DNA of 64,000 nt, taken from contig CM114271.1 of NCBI GenBank assembly GCA_050084515.1, positions 41,478,001-41,542,000 of the forward strand, in the 5' to 3' direction. Under the pieces are notes generated by a model, which saw only the letters and a program-made list of their open reading frames with translations, had not been told where the DNA came from and did no database searches. The position numbers were made by a program, and so were the translations under genes. Positions 55,030-64,000 of this stretch are shown here, in pieces; position 1 is the first letter of the stretch; the number at the start of each line of letters is the position of its first letter. Source of the stretch: Blasia pusilla. Taxonomy: Eukaryota.

Positions 55030-58000
55030 TATGATTGGCCATTATAGCATTGGACGTATGAATGATGTGTGTCTGACTTGCGAAGTGCTACATTGGAAGT
55101 GCAAGAGAGTTAAGTCATCAAAGTCTCCATGCTCTCCTTTTGGGATGTGTTGTGAGCATCGTAAGGTTCAATTATCATATTTGAAGGCTTCATCTCCTTT
55201 TCTAATGGAGTTAATTTCGAGTACGTCAAATAGTCTGCATTTTTTACGTAATACATATACCTATAACAGTGCTGTCCAGTTGGCATGGCATCTACTGGAG
55301 CACATGTTATAGAGCATGGCGGTGGTTTTGGGAGCTTAAGGATTCAAGGTGGTATCTATCATGCCACAAGACCACTTAATGCAGAGATGGGTGTTTCTCC
55401 GTAATTTCCACAGATTTATATTCATGATGATGAGTATTAGATTGAACAAAGGAGAAAAATCATGAATCGAGACAATCGTGATCGATTGAGGGTTGAGATC
55501 TTGAGGGGATTACAAGACATGTTACATGTTCATGATCCATATGTCGCTATCTTTGGATATGTGGCCATGGACTTATGTAATGCGGATTTTCATATTGTCT
55601 TCAAAGGTAGTAAGCAGGGGCTTGATGGGAAACGATACACATTGCCTATTGCTTTGGAGATTGCTACTCTTTTGCTTGGAGATGGAAGTGAGCCTAAAGA
55701 AGGACGTGATATTATTGTTCATTTACATGGAGGAGGGATCCGTCAAATGTTTGACTTGAATGATGACTATATTCCATTACAATTTTTATTGCCTTTTTTA
55801 CATGGTGAAGTTGGTTGGCATCTTAACATACCTACTCGTGTGGGAAATCTTAGAGGGAGTGCAACGAGAATAGGGAATGTTGTGATAGAGAAAGATGGAG
55901 ATGAAAATGTTTACCATAATGCTTGAGAGGGAATTGAAGAAGAGAAACTTCAAGGTGGAGAGAAGACTTAGGAGGCAAGTTCAAAGACTATCACTGCTCT
56001 ACAATTTGCTTCATTCCGACTCCAAATGAGAGCTAATGCAAAAGATCATAACATGCAAATAATTGATGTTTGTTCATCTTACTCAATAATATATGGTAGA
56101 TATATACGCAAGTATTGAGATCCAAAGATTAACATAGATGCGGCTACATCAAAAGGAGTTGAGACCTGATTTATACCAAGGTGTGAGAAATGTTATGATT
56201 GAACATGATAACGATGGTCATGCTATAGGGAGACGTGTCATTTTTACCTTCCTCATTAATTGGAGGACCTCGAGACACACATCAATTGTATCATGATGTT
56301 ATGGCAATTGTGAGATATTTTGGGAAGCATGACTACTTTTTTACTATGACTTGCTATCTTAAGAGGCTTGAGATCATTTCTGGCTCTACTTCCTAGTCAA
56401 ACAACCTAAGATCGTCATGATTTAGTTGTACATATTTTCCAACAAAAAGAGAAAGATTTCTTGAGGCTAATAGTGGAGAAGCATATTTTGGGGCAAGTGG
56501 TGGGATGTATTAATGTCGTGGGGTTTCAAAAGAGAGGTCTACCACATGTGCATATTCTGATAAATCTTGCCTCGGAGGATAAGTGAAGGACAACCTCTAA
56601 TTTTGATAATATTATATTTGTTGAGATTCTTGATTCGACTACTCATCCAAAACTTCATGCCATTGTGAGAAATTGCATGATACATGGACCATGTGGAGTA
56701 CTTCATCTTAGTGCGACGTGTACTGATAAAACAAAAAAAATGTGCTCTAAGGGCTACCCAATGCGATTTAAGTTGATGACAATGGAGGATGAGGATGGAT
56801 ATCCTATTTATAAGCGGTAATTTTCTTGACTTATGTTTTAAATTTTTTAAATATTATAGCAGTATATCTTTCGAAGTTTGTTTTAAGCACCTAACATCTT
56901 TTCTATATGTGTGTTTATGTAGATGTGATAATGGTAGGTCGATTCACAAGTTGAATCATGACTTTGATAATCGGTGGGAGGGTCTGCATAATCCGATGTC
57001 ATGTACCTTATATGATTGCAACATCAATTTGGAGATTACAAATAGCATATATTCAGCGAAGTACTTCTATAAGTATGTATATAAGGGATCAAATGCCATA
57101 TCCTATACATTGGCAAAAAGTACAATTACGGAATATACTACTGATGAGACATCCTTATATCTTAATGTAAGGTACTTGACTTTCTATGTTTGTTATGTTA
57201 CTTTACAATTATTTTAGAATATTGAAAGATTAGACTCTAACTATATTTACTTTTTGGTTTTAAGGTATGTTTCCTCTTCAGAAGCTTGTCGGAGAATCTT
57301 CAAGTTTAGTCTACACGTTGAGAAAGCAAGTATTGTTCGATTGATTGTTCATCTCCACGATAGCCAAACGGTACATTTTCATGATCAAGACTCTTTGGAT
57401 AATATTCTAGAACAGAGTAAGGAGATCGCTCTAACTCAATGGTTTGCAACTAATATATTTGATCCTACGACTCGACAACTCCTTTATTTGGAATTTCCTT
57501 CTTATTACTCTTCGAATAAGAAGACACAGGCTCGACGTAAACATGGAAGAAAAGGATGTGGACATACTATTGGAAGTTCGTATATTACTAACCCATGTGA
57601 ACTTTCTCTTTTGTGTTTATTTCTGATTTTCAAAACAAATGTTTAACTTCATATAATATTATTATCTTATTTTCTGTGGTCATTTAATATTTTAATTGTA
57701 TGTAACATTATATAGATGAAGGAGAGTATTATTGGCTTTTATTACTTCTTCATCATGTGAGAGGATCTCAATCTTATCAGGATTTGAGGATGATTGATGG
57801 TGTGTTCTACCTTTAAGGAAACGATTATTCAAATGGGACGATTAGAAGACGACATGGAGGTTTTTAATGTTTTGAAGGGGCGGTTCAAATTCGTACAGGT
57901 TACTTATTACGTTTGCTCTTTGCTATTATTCCTCAGTACAACACGCCTTCTGTACCTGGTATGGTGTGGGAGCATTTCATAGTTCCACTAATTGAAGATC

Positions 58001-58661
58001 TTTACATCAAAGGCATGAGGTAATATTCATGTCTTCTATATTTTATTGAGTTTTTAATTTTTTTATTAAAAATTTCTATTGATTTTTATGTTTGTCTTTA
58101 AGATTTTTGTATTTTTTTGTAATTTTGATGTAGAGAATTGGAATTTCTATTCTTGCTTTGGACCCTCAAACTATTAATGTTACATTATTAGAGATCCACT
58201 ACCATCTTCAAGATCATGGTAAAAAGTATGGCGGATTTCCTTGATATGCCTCAACATGACTTTTGTACTTAGGATTTATCGATCTCGTGCTTAGAGGAAG
58301 AAGAGTTGTGCTATGATCGTGAAATGCTTGCTGATCGTGTTCAACGAGGGGAGATTTCTTTGAATGATGGACAACGAACTATATGGGATATTTTCCATCT
58401 TCTCTTGGAGGATGTATAAAATGATGCGCCACCCTACGTAAGTGCATTTTATATAAATTATGCTATTTGTAGATTTATTTCTAAGTTTTCATTATTTAAT
58501 ATCTATATATTGTGCCTAATTTGGATCTTATTAGAAAAAGTTATTCTTCATTGATGGTCCTGGTGGAACTGGAAAAATCTTTCTATAAAATATTCTTCTT
58601 CCTAGTGTGCGAAATAAAGGTTATATTGCTCTTGCAGTTCCATCTTCTGGTATTGCTACTT
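55030..58661 (+). mobile_element. Helitron Rep-helicase pseudogene with several introns; the element probably extends upstream to ~52.8 kb
   Basis: C..C..LHW..CC Zn finger; YNS; FTMTC; GFQKRGLPHVHIL (HUH); KYFYKYVYKG; PIF1-type FFIDGPGGTGK, cut off by an LTR at 58662. Confidence 0.88.
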
Positions 58662-60679
58662 TGTTACGGCCCCAACTTAAAGGCCTTAAATTGCGGTTCT
58701 CCCGGAGGTTTGTGCACAACTCCATATTTTCTACAGAGATACCAGAGTGATCCAACGAATCCCTACAGTGACGTGGACCAATAGAACTCACGTTTCCGGT
58801 CAATTGCCAACACTACGCAGATTCGTATTGAAGTCTCCTTCTGGCCGCCGTTACTTATCTTTCAATTCATCCGTGATCTATCACACATCAGAACCTGAGT
58901 GTTCATCGGAACATATTTGGTGTCTATTATTATAAAGGTTTGTATTGATTATGTCACGTCTTTTAGGATAGATTGGTGAGATCTAGTAGAGCACCTTGGC
59001 GAGTAATGGAGGACTAACTCAAGAGGTTGAGGATGACCTATTGAGGCCTCGAGAAACCTGAGAGAGCAGGTTTCCCCTTCGTTTTGGCTCATTTGGAGCC
59101 TTATCGAGGAACTTACTATTTTAGGTAAGTACCATTTTGACTATATGGTCAACTTTATATTTTTGGTAACTAGTCCTTGATGTCCTACATCAGGTCAAGA
59201 GCCAAGGAGGTGACTTGGGAGCATAGGTTATCATGGCGAGAGCTTGGGAGAGGGGAGGGGTATACGTCAAGGAGAGAGAGCTTGAGCTCATTCTCTCTTT
59301 GTTGAACCTCTTGGCAAGAGGCAGAAGAGCTATGGTGTTGCTTGCCTTGTGTGTGTAACCCAAGCCTCTAATAAGGAGAGTGGGTTTGGTTTGACATTGA
59401 GAGAGACATGTGAGAGTGCACAAATTTGAGAGCTATGGTGTTGAGAGAGATTGGATCTTGATTTACAAAGAGAGAATCAGATGAGTGAGAGAGCTTCATG
59501 GGGGAGCTTGCTGGTCACTCGCTGGTTTCGCAGGTTGGGGATCGTATTCCCCATTCAACGGTTCATGGGAGTACTCACCGGAGCCGGAGCCGCTCATTTT
59601 TAATGTTTCCTTTGCCAATTTTTCATGTGGAAGAGTGGCGCGCGGAACCGCTGCCCAATTTTTTATAGGGATTGAGTATGGGGGAGAATTTCCCCATGCC
59701 GATGCTCTCGAGAGTACCATATAGTTTGTTGATTTGTGTTTTCATAGCTTATATATTTTTTTTGGGAGAAATCAGCGCGGAAGCGTTGCTAAATTTTGTG
59801 TAGGAGAAAAAGATATTGGACTTTACGACAGTCCCTGTCAGTTTTTACTGGAATGTTTGATGCAAAATATTTTTTGATCAATCTTGCAAAATTTCCATTG
59901 CTAGACAATTTTTAGGGTAAAATTTTTCAAACCCTAAACAAGCCGCCGCACCGGCGGCGGCTATTGCCGTCATAGTCACCGTCAACGGTCAACTATCGAG
60001 TACCGTGCCGTGACGCCTATAGCCGCAACGTGTCACCGATTACCGTGTCGTGCCGCTCGTGACCGCACCACACGATCTCAATCACATAGCCGCTCCTTCA
60101 CTAAGGATCAGGCATGTGTATTGCTGATTGAGGAGGGTATGCCATGGAGTGCCGCATCCCATTATCGAGTGTCGTGCCGTTTTGTAGCCACCAGTGCTGC
60201 ACCGTACTGTTGGATCCGCACCGCATATTGAGGAGGTTTGAGCAGCGTCTGTACGAGAAGAGTACGACTTGCTGCTTGGAGGAGTTGTCTTCACGACTAA
60301 GTTGGGGTCGAGATTTGTAGTTGCCGAGGAGCGACATCGATATTATTTCCATGTTACCCATTATGGCCTCTTACCTTGCACGTGTGAGGGAATTCCGGGT
60401 ATTGGGAAGTTATTTGGGATATTGGGTTTTGTATTGATGCTCAGAGCATCAATGAGGTATGGGTTGAAGGGACATAGACGTGTGTGGGATGTCCAGAGTT
60501 GAGGATGGTTTATCGATGAGATTATAGATCAGTTGATTTGCCGTACCACGCCGCTTGTTGCCGCACAACACACGTCTCGGTGAGAGAGTGTAGCTTGAGC
60601 CGCATGTTAGATTGAGTGATTGCGTGATTACTCGCGAGGTTGAGAGTGATCGTGTGAGGGGGACACGAGGGTCATCACA
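58662..60679 (+). mobile_element. Long (~2 kb) LTR-like unit inserted in the Helitron helicase
   Basis: Begins TGTTACGGCCC and ends GGGTCATCACA (imperfect inverted ends); homologous to 49130-51180; no matching TSD seen. Confidence 0.6.
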
Positions 60680-60888
60680 ACGTCCTTTCGTGACTTTGAG
60701 AGGCAAGGTGGTGGACCGGAGAGTAGCTCTAGAGGGTTTACACGGAGTGGCGCGAGGTTTCGAGGGTCTCCACATGCGGGACCACCCCAACCTCCTTCTG
60801 TGTCATCTTCACACAAGGAGGAGGGCGTAGAGGAGTTGAGTAGTGCTTTGCCACTCACATTGAGTAGTCCTACTGCTTGGGAGTACGA

Positions 60889-63800
60889 GATGGACGACCG
60901 GGGTAGAGGACCGCATAGGTTCTCAAGTGTAGTAGGCACCATAGAGTTGCACGACTTCATCGCGGAGTTTTGGAGTCGATGCGACTCACAGCGGGCTAGG
61001 AACTCTAGAGAGTTCAACTCGTTCACAACATGGAATGGTATGTTCCAGCATTTAGAGGGGGCACCCATGGATGATTACCATGAGTTCTCCCACAGATATG
61101 CCCAAGAGATTGAGGCATGGTGACTCTACTATAATCCACACTATGTGTCATGGACGGAGCCGTTCCCAGATGAGGAGGAGGAGTCAAGAGAGGCTACTTC
61201 CTCTTCCACTAGTGATGTTTTAGGAGGGGTAGCTTGCACTAGAACAGTTGCACGGTCCAGTTGGGTTTGTCCCAGGTTCAACCGCGTGGTTGAGTTCTTC
61301 ACTGAGTTGAGGGCGAGCAATCAAGGGGTACAGACGGAGAAGTTGCGGAGCATCCACGACTTCCGGAGCGCTCGGGTGAGAGTTTGCGCGAGGCTTACAC
61401 TCGCTTGCGCCGGTTGATCAACGTCACTCAAGGGGTGACACAAGCTCACGCTATCCAGTGATGGTACACGATGCTAGATCGGACCTTACGGACACGGGTG
61501 CGAGAGGGGGTACTTATTATAAACACCTCACCTACATTGAGAGATGTTTTGGTCATGTGGTGGAGCCCATCATCAGCGTGATTGCACTCGGCAGGGTTAT
61601 GGATGTGTGCCTCAGCATGGAGGAGGAGATGGTGTTGCACCATGAGGTTATCAGTGTGACTATTGTCATAGGTATGGTCATACACACGCCAGGTGTTTCA
61701 GTCTACATCCTGTATTACGTCCGGACCGAGGGCCAGAGAGGGCACCAAAGCAAGTAGCCGATTTGGATGGGCCTAGAGATTGTGCACCAAGTGGTCACAT
61801 CGGGGGACGAGGAGGTGGAGTTTCTCGACACAATGGTGGAGTTGCCCATGGGGGAGGTAGAGTCCCACCACCTAGACGCGTTGAGGGAGACGCTGGGCGT
61901 GAGGCTGGGATGGCTGCTCATATACAATAGCTACAAGAGCAGATTGCCACGATAGCGTTGAGGTTATCGGATGCCGGATGGATGGCATCGACATCATATG
62001 GAGCAGCCACATATATGGAGGATCCAGGTTGGATATGCGGGGTTGCCCACATGGAGGCCCCCGCAATTGTGATGCGTGGAGTACCTGTATGTGGAGATTG
62101 ATGATGTTGCAAGGCGCGCTTCACTTCACCTGTGGCATAGTAACGCCCCTGTTTTCCGGACTTGTTGTCTGCGTCCGCCATTCAGGGTTACCAGAGTTCT
62201 CTATCGAGGGACATTTCATTATTGGGGACGCAGGACTTGGAGCGAGTAGGGACCAAAGACTTGGTCATTGCTGGTTGGCCATGTCAGGGCCAGTCAAGTG
62301 CTGGACGGCGTAGCGGATTAGCTTACTCTCGGTCCAGGTTGTTTTGGGAGATGATGCGGATCTTGCGACACTTGGAGGAGCATCAATCTCGTCCTCCAGC
62401 ATACATTCTAGAGAATGTGCCAATTTTGGGCAATTAGAGGTCCCGTGTGGTGACAAGTGCACATCAGGTGTGCGCATAGATCGGCCCGGAAGTTTTGTTG
62501 GATGCGGCAAGTGTGGGTTCACGAGCACATCACCCGCGTCTTTCGTGGACCAACTTGGTGCCACATGAGGCGTTGTGCATGGCTTATGCGAGAGTGGAGC
62601 GCCCCTTCGATTTTTGGTGGATTCTATATTGGATCTGGGCCGTCGATCATAGGAAATGAGGCACAATGATCGACCGCCGTTGACTATGGTCAACAGGATT
62701 GGCATGCCACGAGGAGCCTTTCCCACATTGGTAAGTTTTCTCGCTTCCTATGGATTCAAGGAGGCGGGACCTGGCTTGGTTTGGGATGACCTGGTACAGA
62801 GGTTGGTGGAGCCCAACCCCGATGAGCGAGAGCGAGCGATGGGATTCCCCACAGGAGTGACGATAATACCATCACTAGCAGAGGCATCACAACGTCATGT
62901 CTTGGGTCAGGAGATGGACCTGAACTACTTGACATGGATTTTCAGGTTAGGAGTAGCCAAGCAACATCGTTTGAGGATGCGACATATCACAGCACTTGCA
63001 CTGGTGAGCCTCATCCGTACCGAGACGGTTGAGGCAATGGCTGGGGACGAGACCCGAGGAGATCGACACACCAAGGCTAATCTGGAGAGACACTCTTGAA
63101 CTTCTCGGGATGTTTTGCAGGTACCGAGACAGGGTTGCACCATAGCAACCACCTACACCTACGCCAGAGAGTCCTATCGTAGTCACGATGGAGGCTTGGG
63201 AGCCAGATATGGGCCCTAAGCTGACAAGAGGAGAGCAGCGCTGGATACACCAATTCCTTAGGAGTTATAAGAGTTTTTTTGGATTTGGCATGCATGATTT
63301 GGGTATGTTGAAGGGTCCAGGGATCCGCATTGAGTTGTTGAGCGACACGCCAATCTTTCGAAGATCCTACAAGTATAGTGACATGGAGAGGGCTCTGATT
63401 CAGAGTAGGAGCCAAGACTTGGTTGAAGTAGGACTAGTGGAGATGTCACATGGGGAGTATATATCTGCCACTATCATGCCTGCCAAGAAGGATGTGCATG
63501 GCAACAGGACGGATAGACGGACGTGTGGAGATTACCGACCTATCAATTGGGAGAAAAAGTCCGATAGGTATGCCATGCCCACCCTTGAGGATGTCTTTGA
63601 TGCGATTGGGCATGCAAAGGTCTTCAGTTCATTTGATTTGCAAGTCGGATACCATCAACTGCCTATGAGATTGGAGGACAGGCAGAAGATGGCATTTTGG
63701 GACTTCAATCCTCACGGGAAGGATTGTTTGTACCAGTGGCGGTTCTTACCATTCGGGTTAAAGAACGCCCCGGCTGAATTTCAGAGGGTCATGGATAGGA

Positions 63801-64000
63801 TCTTGGCAGGTCTGGATTTTGCTAGGTCTTATATTGATGACATCGTAGTCTTTAGCGCCATGGTTGAGGAACATGAGAGACATCTAGAGGAGGTGTTTTG
63901 ACGATTACAGTTGCATGGGATGAAGCTACATCCAGGCAAGTGCAAGTTCTTCTATGACCAGATTGAGTGTTTGGGTCATACGATATACCCAGGGGGCCTT
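60889..64000 (+). mobile_element. Ty3/gypsy retrotransposon copy 2: gag-like - (protease largely deleted) - DNMT - RT; runs off the window
   Basis: gag-like ORF at 60889; DNMT 62080-62940; RT 63188-64000 (CGDYR, LPFGLKNAPAEFQR, YIDD). Confidence 0.9.
62080..62940 (+). pseudogene. DNMT3-like methyltransferase domain (copy 2), catalytic PC retained
   Basis: YLYVEIDD; DLVIAGWPCQGQS; YILENV; EPNPDERERAMGFPTG...QRHVLGQEMD; motif I apparently deleted; frameshifts. Confidence 0.85.

Noticed and set aside
58662-60679. Confident assignment as the 5' LTR of DNMT-gypsy copy 2
   Set aside because: No PBS seen and no similarity to the 474-bp LTR of copy 1; left unresolved

Overview
Eukaryotic, transposon-rich plant genomic DNA. 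A non-seed land plant such as a bryophyte is plausible, but that is inference. One host gene appears intact: a two-exon CYP78A-type cytochrome P450 (15992-18014, minus strand). Most of the rest is nested, decayed mobile DNA: a Mutator-like transposase, Ty3/gypsy and Ty1/copia retrotransposons, a Helitron Rep-helicase, two hAT-type MITEs, a CACTA-like end, and orphan fragments of alpha-expansin, MSH6 and QCR6. The most striking signal is a Ty3/gypsy family whose pol carries a DNMT3-like C5-cytosine methyltransferase between protease and reverse transcriptase, and a PHD finger at the end of the integrase. It occurs as two diverged copies (about 42.8-48.5 kb minus; about 60.9-64 kb plus) and two further fragments. 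All calls come from reading motifs by eye; no database searches were run.
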